From Poseidonia sp. (GTDB taxonomy: Archaea > Thermoplasmatota > Poseidoniia > Poseidoniales > Poseidoniaceae): 64,000 nucleotides of DNA. The notes below the pieces were generated by a model, which was given only the letters and a program-made list of their open reading frames with translations, searched no databases and was not told where the DNA came from. The stretch lies in the NCBI GenBank assembly GCA_022426155.1, contig JAKMEE010000039.1, forward strand, positions 24,516-88,515, read 5' to 3'. This document shows positions 1-11,953 of the stretch, piece after piece (position 1 is the first letter of the stretch; each line of letters opens with the position of its first letter). The position numbers and the translations under genes are program-made.

Positions 1-1
1 T

Positions 2-193
2 GAATTTGAATTCGCCATCCGCCAAGCTCTACACGGTGTGTCGGATGATGCACTCACAGCTCTTGACAACACCTTCGAAATGGCACGGTACAGCCGTGAT
101 GAGATGGGTGTTCAGCACAAGGATGTGGCAGTCCAATCGTTGACACAAATGGGTACTGAGATCCAAGAGATTCAGAAGTTCCCACAACGTTGA
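2..193 (+). CDS. 3' end of a gene truncated by the window; DUF4129-like C-terminal domain
   Basis: Manual frame-2 translation: EFEFAIRQALHGVSDDALTALDNTFEMARYSRDEMG...QR*. The LT..FE.ARYS pattern is typical of DUF4129. Confidence 0.6.
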   Translation, partial: EFEFAIRQALHGVSDDALTALDNTFEMARYSRDEMGVQHKDVAVQSLTQMGTEIQEIQKFPQR

Positions 194-196
194 ACT

Positions 197-694
197 TCAC
201 CAGCGTAGGTGAAGTCGTCCCGCCTCAAACCGTGCTTGAAGGGTTGCTGAAGCCTCCTTTGGAAGAGGGAATTCACGAACCAAGGCTGGAAGGTCTCCGT
301 CGTTAATCTTGAGTTGGACATAGGTGTGTTCATCGGTATCTCGATGATGGAGATGGATGTTTTCCAAGGAACTACCGAGGAGTGGTAGCGTGAGGCCATC
401 TGGATTCATTCGACCGTTGACCGATTCGACAACCCATGCTAGTGCACGTTCTGGTTCAAGTTCGTGGAGAGCAGTTTCAGGAAGCATTCCTGCCGTGACC
501 AAGATTTCTGTATGACGTTCACGAACTTCGCTAAGGTGGTTGGATTGGCCGTCGAATTGTGCCTGTAAAAGGGATGCATCTCCAGCAAAGCCTTCGGAGT
601 TCACCGCTGGAAGCTTAGCAGTTTCATCGATGCCAGTTTCCTCAATGGTCAAGGGTTTCCATTCGTCCATGAGGGTTGGAACTCCCGAGCCCAC
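197..694 (-). CDS. Hypothetical protein (165 aa)
   Basis: Acidic, protein-like ORF immediately downstream of and co-oriented with the helicase. No motif recognised. Confidence 0.65.
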   Translation of the reverse strand: MGSGVPTLMDEWKPLTIEETGIDETAKLPAVNSEGFAGDASLLQAQFDGQSNHLSEVRERHTEILVTAGMLPETALHELEPERALAWVVESVNGRMNPDGLTLPLLGSSLENIHLHHRDTDEHTYVQLKINDGDLPALVREFPLPKEASATLQARFEAGRLHLRW

Positions 695-718
695 ATGAAC
701 CTTCGGACGAGGTCATTC

Positions 719-2833
719 TCACTCAGTTTGTGGTGGTTCAGTATGGATTTTCGAAAAGAAGCGACGAGCAAAACGCTGCGTAGCGGCAGGTTCAGGACTC
801 TCATTCATTCGTAAATCACTCGGGAAGCAGGTCGCATAGGTTCGCTCTGTGACCCTTCGGTCCAGCAAGACGATGAGTGCACGGTCACCGATGGCCCGAA
901 TTGGGCGACCCATGGCTTGTAAGATGGCATTGATCGCAGGTTGTGAGACGGTATATCGCCAGGCCAAATTCCTCCCGAATCGTTCTTCAGCATGCTTCTT
1001 AAGTGCGCTTGAGAGCACCGACGGAGGGGCATTTGGAATGCCAATGCAGGCCACTGCGTCGAGGGCTCCACTGTGATAATCAACACCCTCTGAGAGCCTT
1101 GCTCCAAACACTCCTGCTAGGAGAATCCGTCGTCCTGAGCGTTTTTCTTCGAGGAGTGTCTCAACCACTTGATCTAAATCTTGCTTGGTCCAGTTGCGAT
1201 CTTCAACCATCATCTTGACGCCTGTAAACGTTGTTTCTGCAACCATCTCGTTGAGCATCGCATAGGATGGGGCAAAGACAGCAACATTGCCGGGTGTTGC
1301 ATCGATGAGAGCTTGGAGTTGAGCCCGAATGGCTTGGGTATTTTCATGACCTCTCTCGGTGTACTTGGTGGTCACATTAGAGGCAACCAAAACTGGTCTT
1401 CGCATGGCAGCGAATGGAGATGGGTAGGCCACAGCAGAAGTTTTGGGTTTTGGAAGTGCCAGTACATCTGCGTACATATTGGGTGGATACAAGGTGCCTG
1501 ACATCAAGATGGCACCAGAAGATTGGTTGAAAACGGGTTCAGAGACCAATCCTGGGTCAAGAAGGTGAGTGGTAATGCGGCCATCTTTTCCTTTGGTATC
1601 GTATACCAACGTCATAGCCGTAGTTGAGCCGAAACGAACGAGGCAATCGAGAATTTCTGCAACTCGATGTGCATCAGGCTCCATAGGTGCGTCCCCGCCA
1701 CCTGGATCGACATCCACGTCCAAACTCGCTAATATGTCACGTAATTGATGAATTCGAACTGCAGGGTCAATGCGTTGTTGAGTGGAGGGTACTTGATTCA
1801 GATTTTGCTGACCCGACACACCATCAACGGCGTCACACGCCTTGTGAATGACATTCAATATTTCCTCGACCTTCACTTCCTGCTCGTCTTTATCCCCCGG
1901 GAGGGTGGTTCGTAATCGGTGAAAGAGGTCAGCAAAAGCAGTGCGCGACGCTTTGATGACTTCCAAGGCCCAATGAACCAATTCATAGGTCATTTCCAGA
2001 CTTTCCCCTCCAGGCATTTTCATCGCTTGGACCAAAGTCCCCAAACTCTCCTCTAATTCTGCATAGGTATTGCGAATCATGGTTTGTGTGAGTCTTTTCT
2101 CGAGGGTCAGTCGAATTCGGTCAGGGAGGTTGTGGGCTTCATCAACCACAATAATGATGTCTTCGAGTGAGAGGTCCATTGCCTTGAGGCTTGATTCCCT
2201 GACGCCTTGGTCAAACAGGTGGTTGTAATCTCCAACAAAAACATCGGCACCTCCAACGGCTTCCCTGGCGATTTTCCAGGGACATGCTTGGGTGATTTCT
2301 CCATTAACCGTATGGGTTCGGCTGATGGCGACTAATTCATCAACATGAAGTGGAGATTCCAAGATCCGCTCTTTGAGACCGGGCGCGGGGGTAATCCATG
2401 GTTTGCATTGCCGTGTTTTTCGAGCCTGACTGCAGAGAATGGAGAATACGAGGGGTGATTCACGTGCGAATTCTTGGACACACATGCCTGCTTGTCCAAC
2501 CATGTCGACCAAGCGTATGGGCGAGGTATCGTCGCGTAAATCATTGATTCTTCTTACAGTATCAACCACAATCCGATGTTGAGTTTGACGAGAGGTCAAG
2601 AAAAAGACTGTTTTTTTCGTTAGTTGTTGGCTGGCAACCTGCAGAGCTGCCGCCAATGCAGCGGCTGTTTTACCAATGCCCGTTGGGGCTGCTGCCAGGT
2701 GAAAACCTCCAGTTTCGAGGGCCTTGACTGCATCGTTGATCATTTCTAATTGACCGGGGCGGGGGGTTGGGTGGGCCAAGAAGGGGAACTTGGCTGCTTC
2801 ATCCCCTCCCGTTCCATCGTTCATATTCACCAT
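719..2833 (-). CDS. xpd: XPD/Rad3/DinG-family Fe-S DNA helicase
   Basis: Q motif PRPGQ, Walker A APTGIGKT, four Fe-S Cys (GMC, ILC, RQC, ACPW), DEAH, SGTL, SEGVD, QAMGRPIR, LLDRR. Confidence 0.92.
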   Translation of the reverse strand: MVNMNDGTGGDEAAKFPFLAHPTPRPGQLEMINDAVKALETGGFHLAAAPTGIGKTAAALAAALQVASQQLTKKTVFFLTSRQTQHRIVVDTVRRINDLRDDTSPIRLVDMVGQAGMCVQEFARESPLVFSILCSQARKTRQCKPWITPAPGLKERILESPLHVDELVAISRTHTVNGEITQACPWKIAREAVGGADVFVGDYNHLFDQGVRESSLKAMDLSLEDIIIVVDEAHNLPDRIRLTLEKRLTQTMIRNTYAELEESLGTLVQAMKMPGGESLEMTYELVHWALEVIKASRTAFADLFHRLRTTLPGDKDEQEVKVEEILNVIHKACDAVDGVSGQQNLNQVPSTQQRIDPAVRIHQLRDILASLDVDVDPGGGDAPMEPDAHRVAEILDCLVRFGSTTAMTLVYDTKGKDGRITTHLLDPGLVSEPVFNQSSGAILMSGTLYPPNMYADVLALPKPKTSAVAYPSPFAAMRRPVLVASNVTTKYTERGHENTQAIRAQLQALIDATPGNVAVFAPSYAMLNEMVAETTFTGVKMMVEDRNWTKQDLDQVVETLLEEKRSGRRILLAGVFGARLSEGVDYHSGALDAVACIGIPNAPPSVLSSALKKHAEERFGRNLAWRYTVSQPAINAILQAMGRPIRAIGDRALIVLLDRRVTERTYATCFPSDLRMNESPEPAATQRFARRFFSKIHTEPPQTE

Positions 2834-2849
2834 CCACCGCCGACCCTCC

Positions 2850-3155
2850 TAAAGGATTGGGGAGCAGAGGACAGCGGTTGCACTGTTGGGAATCGTTGTG
2901 CCCAGTACGTGGGGGGCTGGACACGGGGAACCATTCAGCCTAACTGGCTGAATTGGAATTGGAGTCTCCCTGGCCGCCATCCAGGGAGTCTTTTGTTGGG
3001 GGTTGGTTTTGGGAACCAAGGCCAGCTCGCGCATGACGGGCACGTCGACACAGTGAGGCTAAACCATGCAAGGTTGACCGGTCTTGCATGGCCAAAAGGG
3101 CGGCATTGCCGAGGTTGTATCCTTGGTTTTGCCAATTCATCCCATCCCCTCCGTT
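2850..3155. ncRNA. Candidate structured RNA element (series of hairpins) between the RHH gene and the helicase
   Basis: At least 7 inverted repeats in ~300 nt, e.g. ATTCAGCC/GGCTGAAT 2933-2953, CTCCCTGG/CCAGGGAG 2966-2988, CCATGCAAG/CTTGCATGG 3064-3091. No convincing ORF. Confidence 0.35.
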
Positions 3156-3165
3156 CTCTCACCAA

Positions 3166-3540
3166 TTATTCTTGGTATTCACTGCGTCTCATGGTTGCAA
3201 CTCGAGACTCCTCAAGAGCTGCATCCAGTGGATCATTTGATGCTGCCAGGCGTTCAAGGGCCTGAGCGATGTAGAGTTTGATGCCTTCTTGGGCAGCGAG
3301 TTCGGGAGTGACTCCCTGCAACTCGTAGAGTTTGGCTAATTGTGTTTGGTCGTATCGTCCCAACGGGATCTTGACGGTTTTCATATCGGTCAAAAGAGGT
3401 TGGTTATGGAGGAATTCTTGGATGGCCAAGCGGACAACGTCGGAACGATTTCGAGTTCCTTGTTGGCCAACTCGTGCATCGAGTAGTGACAAATCATCCT
3501 CAGTGATTCTGAGGGTGACAGGGCTGGTTGGCTGGGTCAT
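3166..3540 (-). CDS. Ribbon-helix-helix (CopG/MetJ-type) DNA-binding protein
   Basis: VTLRI...LD...NRSDVVRLAIQEFL RHH signature and a probable second RHH-like unit (VKIPLG). GGAGG RBS precedes ATG at 3540, so I prefer it to the ORF-track start at 3645. Confidence 0.82.
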   Translation of the reverse strand: MTQPTSPVTLRITEDDLSLLDARVGQQGTRNRSDVVRLAIQEFLHNQPLLTDMKTVKIPLGRYDQTQLAKLYELQGVTPELAAQEGIKLYIAQALERLAASNDPLDAALEESRVATMRRSEYQE

Positions 3541-3577
3541 TGGTGTTCCTCCGTAAGCAAGGAGACCTGCTGGGGGG

Positions 3578-3644
3578 ATATAAATGTATTCTGTATAATG
3601 ACAATATGTATGACAAGTGAATACAAAACAGAGTCTAGTTGTCA
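3578..3644 (-). promoter_or_regulatory. Putative TATA box and operator repeats of the RHH gene
   Basis: TTTATAT on the minus strand at 3578-3584; inverted pair TGTATTC (3585-3591)/GAATACA (3619-3625); direct repeat ATGACAA at 3598 and 3610. Confidence 0.45.
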
Positions 3645-3698
3645 ATAAGAACCGAAGGCTAGCGAACGTTCAAAGCACAGCAGCGTTGCCTTTGTATC

Positions 3699-4145
3699 AT
3701 GACTCTCATACCAAGTCGCGGCTTGTACCTGTATCTTGAAAGCCTTCAAATTGCCTTTGACGATGAAATTGTCACAAATGATGAAGCCCAAATTCTTCGA
3801 ATTCTGGCCCAGAGCTTGGGCGTTGCTCCCAGCGATACGGCTGAATGTCGTTCGGTGGTTCGAGGAGAGGTATCCTCTCCGTTCACCGTTGACGATGTTT
3901 ATGATGGTCACCAAATGGGCGACATCACCACCTACCAGTCCGCGCTGATTGCGGCCCTTGATGACGATGTGATCTCAGAAGATGAATGGGCCATGCTGGA
4001 TCATTTACGAAGAATCATCGGAATCCAAGAAGACCAACATGCCTTGATCGAAGAAGCCATTCGGGCTATGGGTGATGTAGATGCTGAAGGTCGCCGTAGG
4101 GTTGAACGCCTGGAACGCTTCCTAACTGTTTGTCCATACAATTGA
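3699..4145 (+). CDS. TerB-like protein with two internal repeats
   Basis: Two copies of A.DD.++..DE..+L..L...+G (IAFDDEIVTNDEAQILRILAQSLG; AALDDDVISEDEWAMLDHLRRIIG). Confidence 0.65.
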   Translation: MTLIPSRGLYLYLESLQIAFDDEIVTNDEAQILRILAQSLGVAPSDTAECRSVVRGEVSSPFTVDDVYDGHQMGDITTYQSALIAALDDDVISEDEWAMLDHLRRIIGIQEDQHALIEEAIRAMGDVDAEGRRRVERLERFLTVCPYN

Positions 4146-4241
4146 CGTTCACAGTTTACTCAGATATTCGTCATATTTGTGGTGGAACGATGGCAACTAT
4201 TAGAAGGGGATTTCGTCAGCGACGCACAACACTTAGTGTGA

Positions 4242-6190
<1,949 letters not shown>

Positions 6191-6279
6191 ATCCTTCTTA
6201 GTTTTATGTCTCTTCGTGGACTGCCAAATAAAGCGATTGTTGAGGCATTCCTCTTATTAACGGAGTATGAATCCCCAGC

Positions 6280-8079
6280 ATGGCTCAACTGAGGTATGTC
6301 GCAGATTGGGAGCAACTTCCTCCCGGCGAATGGTTGGACAACGACGAAAACGGGACCCACTGGTACCTTGATGTTGAAGGAAATTATTGGCAGTCTACGG
6401 ACGACGGTTATCAAATCTGGGTTGATGAAGAGGAGGCTACAACCCCAACCGTCACAGAATCATCAAATCAATACGACCAGGACGATGGTGAAGAACTTGA
6501 TGACGAAGATGGGGAAGATGAACCATTAGGGCCGGTTCCCCTATTAGGTGCCGGAACGGGCATGCTCGGAATTGGCCTTGCCTTTCTCGTCATAGTCTGG
6601 ACTTTTTTCATCACCATGCCGACTGCAAAACTGAACATTGAGTTGCAGTCTTCAGAATCGACCAGCCTTGGAGGTGAGATGAGCGTGATATTCTTAGACG
6701 GGTTAGAACTCTATCAAACACTCAACATGGCAACCCTAATTGTTGCAGTTATCATGATTGGCGTGGGCATCATGACCATGATCAAAAGAGCACCTTGGTG
6801 GGCAGCCTCTGCATCTAATCTTGCCCTTGTAAGTCTGCTTCTGATTGCGTCCTTGGTTGCTTTTTCTTCAGAGAAGAAGAGTTTTGATGCTTGCGACCCG
6901 CTGGAATTTTATTGCTTCGAATTTGAACAGCCTTCGTTGTTCCTTATTGATGCGGTATACCCTGCGATTTTTTCGATGGGCATCTTCTTAATCATTTTCA
7001 ACAATACCATGAAGGCTTGGGCAAATTTTGACCCAAACGAAGAACCTGAACCTGAATTGGACGTTCAAATCTTCTCAAAAGATGCCCCTCCATTGGGTGG
7101 TTTTGCTGCATTGATTGGGCTGGTTGCATCACTCGCTGTTCTTGCATTTACGCAGGTCTTTACCCTGCCTGAGACGCAAGAAAACCTGGACCGATCAAAC
7201 GATCTAGGATTTACGGAGATTTCTGAAATGTTTGAAACGATTCTGCTCTACAATCAACTGGCTGTTGGCCTTTCAGCATTGGTCGCGATTGTATCATTGC
7301 TCACGCTCATCAAAAAGGTTCCATGGTGGGTCCTGCCAGCGTCCTACATTCCTTTGGTTACGATTCTATTCATGACTGTCAGTAAAAGTGATTCCACCGG
7401 TTTGAGTTCGTTTGAACAACACGCATTCTACACGGGAACAGGTTCCATCATCGCAACCATGATAATCAGCGCGAGTGCCTTTCACACCCTCGCTAATCAT
7501 GAATGGGAGGAACTCGAAGGCTACGATGACTTCGGTGAAACGAACCATTATGATTTCAACGAGGACGAGGAAGAAATTCTAGAATGGCGAGCTAAGGTGA
7601 AAACCGCTGTCATGGGATTGGTGGTCTTGATGACCGGAATTGGAGGATTTGTCTTGCAACAATACGCATTCGGAGAGACTGATGGACCGACCTTCGACAT
7701 ACGAGATGCAAGCGGTGCGCTTGGTGATGGGTCATCCGATGAACTTGTCGTGCTCGATATGCTTGACAAAACAAATTCTTACTCAGAAGAAACGATCAAA
7801 ATCTTCATCCAAATCAATGGGGGGGAAGAACTGGAATGCAAATGGAAATATTCAGGTGTTTGCACATTTGAGTATCTTGAAGTCTTTGATGACCGCAGAT
7901 TAACGGCCCAGGAAAGTATTCTCATCTCAGAAGGAACTAGTGACTTGTGCTCTGGTATTGCAGAACAGTCATGTAAAATCACGGCAAATGTCATTCACGA
8001 AAATTCTGAAGAAGATGAAAATATGCAAGTGACGGTTGAAACGGTTGACCTTGGTTCATACACCTTTGAAGCAGTGTAA
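6280..8079 (+). CDS. Multi-pass membrane protein with a Trp-rich N-terminal module and an internally duplicated TM block
   Basis: About 9 hydrophobic helices; repeated unit (MIKRAPWW / LIKKVPWW); N-terminal WEQLPPGEW...THWY...NYW. Confidence 0.75.
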   Translation: MAQLRYVADWEQLPPGEWLDNDENGTHWYLDVEGNYWQSTDDGYQIWVDEEEATTPTVTESSNQYDQDDGEELDDEDGEDEPLGPVPLLGAGTGMLGIGLAFLVIVWTFFITMPTAKLNIELQSSESTSLGGEMSVIFLDGLELYQTLNMATLIVAVIMIGVGIMTMIKRAPWWAASASNLALVSLLLIASLVAFSSEKKSFDACDPLEFYCFEFEQPSLFLIDAVYPAIFSMGIFLIIFNNTMKAWANFDPNEEPEPELDVQIFSKDAPPLGGFAALIGLVASLAVLAFTQVFTLPETQENLDRSNDLGFTEISEMFETILLYNQLAVGLSALVAIVSLLTLIKKVPWWVLPASYIPLVTILFMTVSKSDSTGLSSFEQHAFYTGTGSIIATMIISASAFHTLANHEWEELEGYDDFGETNHYDFNEDEEEILEWRAKVKTAVMGLVVLMTGIGGFVLQQYAFGETDGPTFDIRDASGALGDGSSDELVVLDMLDKTNSYSEETIKIFIQINGGEELECKWKYSGVCTFEYLEVFDDRRLTAQESILISEGTSDLCSGIAEQSCKITANVIHENSEEDENMQVTVETVDLGSYTFEAV

Positions 8080-8144
8080 TCCTGGGGCAGATCTTGTTAT
8101 CAGTCACAAATCAGTCACACGATAGCCAAGTCGCTGAATTCCAC

Positions 8145-8456
8145 TCAGTGTTCAGCTAAGTTTTCCTTGAAGTCCGCCTTTGATTGAAAAAGTGAGGGCC
8201 ATCTTCGCTTAAGCCAAGAAAACAAAACACGGGATATGATCATCGATGCGACCAAAAAGAGCAAAGGAGCCCATAGGGGAGCGGCATCATTGGTGAACAA
8301 GATGTATGTCACAATAAGAATCCCGATTCCATAAACAGCACGAAATGCGGCAAAGATGAGGAACCCCCTCACCCAAGGATTGTCCAATCTCTCCTGCCAC
8401 GATGAAGGAGTGCCTTCAGTCATTTCAAAACCTGCCGTGTTGCTTTTCAATTTCAA
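8145..8456 (-). CDS. Small two-TM membrane protein
   Basis: Two hydrophobic segments; abuts the upstream TSP3 gene. True start may be the ATG of MTEG. Confidence 0.6.
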   Translation of the reverse strand: MKLKSNTAGFEMTEGTPSSWQERLDNPWVRGFLIFAAFRAVYGIGILIVTYILFTNDAAPLWAPLLFLVASMIISRVLFSWLKRRWPSLFQSKADFKENLAEH

Positions 8457-11400
8457 TTCTGAAAGTGTGGGTAGTATTGTTTGGTATAATTCATAGCATC
8501 AGCAGGTGGGTAGCCTTGTGAAATCAATTTCGCATAATATTCCTGAGCTGGGTCGGGTAGAGCCACTGGTTGAGCAACGGGTTGAGTTACATAAGCAGGC
8601 TGGGCAACGGGTTGTGCCTGGAAGTTCGGCTGAGCAACAGGCTGGGCTGCATAAGCAGGTTGAGCTGAGAAGTCTGGCATTCCAACAGCCGGTCCTTGTT
8701 GGGCCCATTCTGCTTCAGCACCCTCTCCTCCTCGACCTCGCATGAAGAAAAAGCCAACAGCGAGGAAGATAAGGAGTCCTGCACCACCAACAATAATCGC
8801 CGTGGTTCCCTCAGCAGAGTCAGCCTCATCAGAGGCTTCTTTGATCCAGCGGGTAGGGTCGTCTGGGTAGGCGTCTGCTCCATCAGAAATCCCCCATGAC
8901 TCATCAGCATTCGAGAATCCATCACCATCTGTATCCAAACAACCAACTCTGTCTGCTGTTGAATTACCACGGACCGTTTCACATGCATCCGCTCCTTGGG
9001 CAAGTGTCCAATCCGAATCAGGGTTGGAAATACCGTCACCATCAGTATCTGGACAACCATATCGGTCGACGCTTGAAATACCATCTCGCACAGCATTCGG
9101 GCAGGCATCAGGTTCGTTACCGTTCGGGTTGTCCCCATAACGGTCCTCATCAAAGTCAGCCCATTGTGTGGGATCGTCCCTGAAGGCGTCTGCTCCGTCT
9201 GCAATGGAGTATTCGAGACTTGGATCCGATACGCCATCACCGTCAGTGTCACTGCACCCCTTTCGGTCAATCATCGATGTACCATTCTGGTCTGGGCAAT
9301 CATCAGCATCAACGCCAGATGCGTTATCACCAAATTTATCTCCGTCCTTATCGCTCCATTGTGTGGGGTCTTGAGGGAATGCATCGTGAAGGTCGTACCA
9401 ACCATCTCCGTCGGCATCAGGGCAACCAATGGTCCCGTTTTGCCAAGAATCTCCTTCCTTGGTTGGACAAGCATCCTGCACGACAACATCATTTCGTAAT
9501 TCTCCAGGCCATGAAGGATTTCGATCGGTCCATGTATCATTGGCCCAGTTATCTCCATAACCGTCTTCATCAAAGTCTGACCATTGTGTCAAATCGTCTT
9601 CAAAGGCATCGGCTCCGTCTTCCAGTAGCCACATCTCATCTGGGTCGGAGTAACCATCCCCATCGGAATCGAGACATCCAATTCGGTCAAGTGTCGAGGT
9701 CCCTACTTGAGTGGGGCATTCATCAGGATTCGAACCTTCTGTGTTGTCTCCGTACCCATCTCCATCAGTATCGGCCCATTGTGTAGGGTCCATGTCGAAG
9801 GCGTCATCATCATTAGACCATCCATCTCCATCGGAGTCAGGACATGCATTCTTACCTCCAAGGGTTGAGTTGCCAGCTTGCAATGGACAATCATCGAACG
9901 TATCGGACCATCCATCGCCATCGGTGTCAATACACCCAGTTTCTCCGAGTGTTGAGGTTCCAACGGTTGTAGGGCAATCATCTTCAGCATCATCAAATCC
10001 ATCCCCATCATCATCTGGGTCTTCGTCAGAATCTCGACATCCATCTCCGTCGAAGTCCGTGATGGCATCTGAGACCCAAGTTGGGCGGGGTGGTGAATAA
10101 CTTGATCGTTGACATAGGTCGAAGTTGTTGTCAACGCCATCATTGTCCATGTCATCATCTTCACTCGAATCCTTGCAACCATCTCGGTCCCAATCTGATG
10201 AATTCGCAGGATTGTCAAAATCTTGGGTCGATGTCCAATTGAATTCTCCATTTCGAGGGCAATTATCAGGTGAATTGTCGGTAATTCCATCGTTATCATC
10301 ATCCGAGTCACAGGCATCACCTTCGGAATCACCGTCAGTGTTTCCTTGTGCGGGGTTTGATGTGTTGGGGCAATTGTCATTGACGTCAGAGACCCCATCA
10401 TTGTCAGCATCTTTCTGGAACACAGGGTCTGTGACCCAAACGAAGGTATCCCAGCCACCAAGGCTGTTGATTGTCGTTGTTCCCTTATTCATTTGGGCGG
10501 GTGGAGAATTTGAACCAAACCCACCAGAGATGGCCAGCATGTCGCTATCATTGACTGCGAGTGAACTTGGAATCACAAAGTCAGAACTTCCTGAATTCAA
10601 GAGCCAATCCCAACTACCGCCTGTGCTGAGTCCACCGACCACCATGTCGACGGTACCTCCTGCTGTTACGGCCTTACTTCCAGCGGTGAAGGAACCTTGA
10701 ATGAGGGCTGAAAACATGATTTCATTCTTTGAATTGATGACCATGTCGGCGAGTCCATCTGCAGCGTTAGTACCACCAGTTGATGCCCATTGGCTGGTAC
10801 CAGTCACCTTTGCGACAAAGACATCTGATTGGCCCTGGTTTGCTGTAATACTCCAACTTCCTTGTGCCAACGTACCTTCAAAGGAACCCCCAATGTACAG
10901 GTCTCCATTACTATCAGATTCAATCTCTGAAATTGTGACGGCATTATTGACGATTCCATAACCGCTGAGGGCTAGGATTCCACCGTTACCATCCATTTTG
11001 AGAATGAACGAATCTTGTGTTCCCACAGTACTGTAGCCTTTGTTGCCAAAGATCAGGCCAGTTTGTGTAATACCTGAGACATGGATGGAACCGGCTTGGT
11101 CAATTTCGATGTCGGTAACAACTTGATTCCCGACTCCTCCACCTGAAACCACCCAAAGGAGGGAGCCAGTGGCTCCTGATAATTTGGCTACGAATACTTC
11201 GTTGTTTGAGACATTGATGATGGTACCTCCAAAATCAGTTTCTCCACTGAACGTTCCAGCCACATAGATGTCACCCATTTGGTCGACTGCGATGGCATAG
11301 GGAATACTCTGGTCCGTGGAGGTGTTCGCCAGTGTTTGGAAGGCATGAGCCCACATCCAGGCTCCTGAAACATCTGCGACAGCGATGAATCCGTCGAGAA

Positions 11401-11902
11401 CAGCAGTTGAGTGGATGTTTTGCCCAAATGCGACAGGACCATACATGTAGCCTGCTACTACGGCAGTTCCCCCCATGCCAACTGCAGTGTCCATCAGGAA
11501 GGAGACGCCCCCTTGAGAATGGTCTGCCCCAGTGAGATAATTCCAGGTCCCTGAATTAGAAATGGACGCTAGATAGAATTCATTCCCATTAGAGAATGGT
11601 GATGTTGCACTAATCTGATGACTTCCAAAATTCATGCTGCGATTGAAATCACCTGCGACATAGTAGCCCATATTGCTGGCTGAGATTGAATCGCCAAATT
11701 CGTTACCAGCAGATCCACCCCCTGCAGCCAGAAAAATGTCTGGAGAGCCCGCCCGACCTGAGGTTTGTGAGATGTTCGATTCTGATTCAAAGACCACGGG
11801 GCCATCATCCATACTTTGGAGCATGGGAGCCATCAGGCTCAACAAGAAGAAGACGACGAGGAATTGGGCTACGGCTGGTGCTTTCGCGAAGCGCATAAGC
11901 AA
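8453..11902 (-). CDS. Secreted/membrane-anchored beta-propeller (SBBP-like) plus thrombospondin type 3 Ca-binding repeat protein
   Basis: Signal peptide; repeats like IAVDQMGDIYVAGTFSG; many DxDGDG/DxCP repeats; C-terminal TM followed by a QPA/QPV-rich tail. Confidence 0.85.
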   Translation of the reverse strand: MLMRFAKAPAVAQFLVVFFLLSLMAPMLQSMDDGPVVFESESNISQTSGRAGSPDIFLAAGGGSAGNEFGDSISASNMGYYVAGDFNRSMNFGSHQISATSPFSNGNEFYLASISNSGTWNYLTGADHSQGGVSFLMDTAVGMGGTAVVAGYMYGPVAFGQNIHSTAVLDGFIAVADVSGAWMWAHAFQTLANTSTDQSIPYAIAVDQMGDIYVAGTFSGETDFGGTIINVSNNEVFVAKLSGATGSLLWVVSGGGVGNQVVTDIEIDQAGSIHVSGITQTGLIFGNKGYSTVGTQDSFILKMDGNGGILALSGYGIVNNAVTISEIESDSNGDLYIGGSFEGTLAQGSWSITANQGQSDVFVAKVTGTSQWASTGGTNAADGLADMVINSKNEIMFSALIQGSFTAGSKAVTAGGTVDMVVGGLSTGGSWDWLLNSGSSDFVIPSSLAVNDSDMLAISGGFGSNSPPAQMNKGTTTINSLGGWDTFVWVTDPVFQKDADNDGVSDVNDNCPNTSNPAQGNTDGDSEGDACDSDDDNDGITDNSPDNCPRNGEFNWTSTQDFDNPANSSDWDRDGCKDSSEDDDMDNDGVDNNFDLCQRSSYSPPRPTWVSDAITDFDGDGCRDSDEDPDDDGDGFDDAEDDCPTTVGTSTLGETGCIDTDGDGWSDTFDDCPLQAGNSTLGGKNACPDSDGDGWSNDDDAFDMDPTQWADTDGDGYGDNTEGSNPDECPTQVGTSTLDRIGCLDSDGDGYSDPDEMWLLEDGADAFEDDLTQWSDFDEDGYGDNWANDTWTDRNPSWPGELRNDVVVQDACPTKEGDSWQNGTIGCPDADGDGWYDLHDAFPQDPTQWSDKDGDKFGDNASGVDADDCPDQNGTSMIDRKGCSDTDGDGVSDPSLEYSIADGADAFRDDPTQWADFDEDRYGDNPNGNEPDACPNAVRDGISSVDRYGCPDTDGDGISNPDSDWTLAQGADACETVRGNSTADRVGCLDTDGDGFSNADESWGISDGADAYPDDPTRWIKEASDEADSAEGTTAIIVGGAGLLIFLAVGFFFMRGRGGEGAEAEWAQQGPAVGMPDFSAQPAYAAQPVAQPNFQAQPVAQPAYVTQPVAQPVALPDPAQEYYAKLISQGYPPADAMNYTKQYYPHFQN

Positions 11903-11953
11903 GGGACATCGCTATGGGACATCAAGCCTTTGCTTGATTGTACGAACAGTTTC

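Noticed and set aside
2850-3155. Assignment of the structured region as SRP RNA, RNase P RNA or 5S rRNA
   Set aside because: No SRP helix-8 GNRA/AGCAG motif, RNase P GAGGAAAGUCC-like P4 or 5S consensus found by eye; kept only as an unassigned candidate.
8100-8119. TCAGTCACA direct repeat between convergent genes
   Set aside because: Short, lies in a 3'-3' gap, and is plausibly chance.
8587-10700. Long alternative-frame and antisense ORFs (e.g. 8587-9270, 9703-10461, 10125-10700)
   Set aside because: Shadow ORFs caused by Asp/Gly codon bias in TSP3 repeats; Met/Thr- or Ser-rich nonsense composition.
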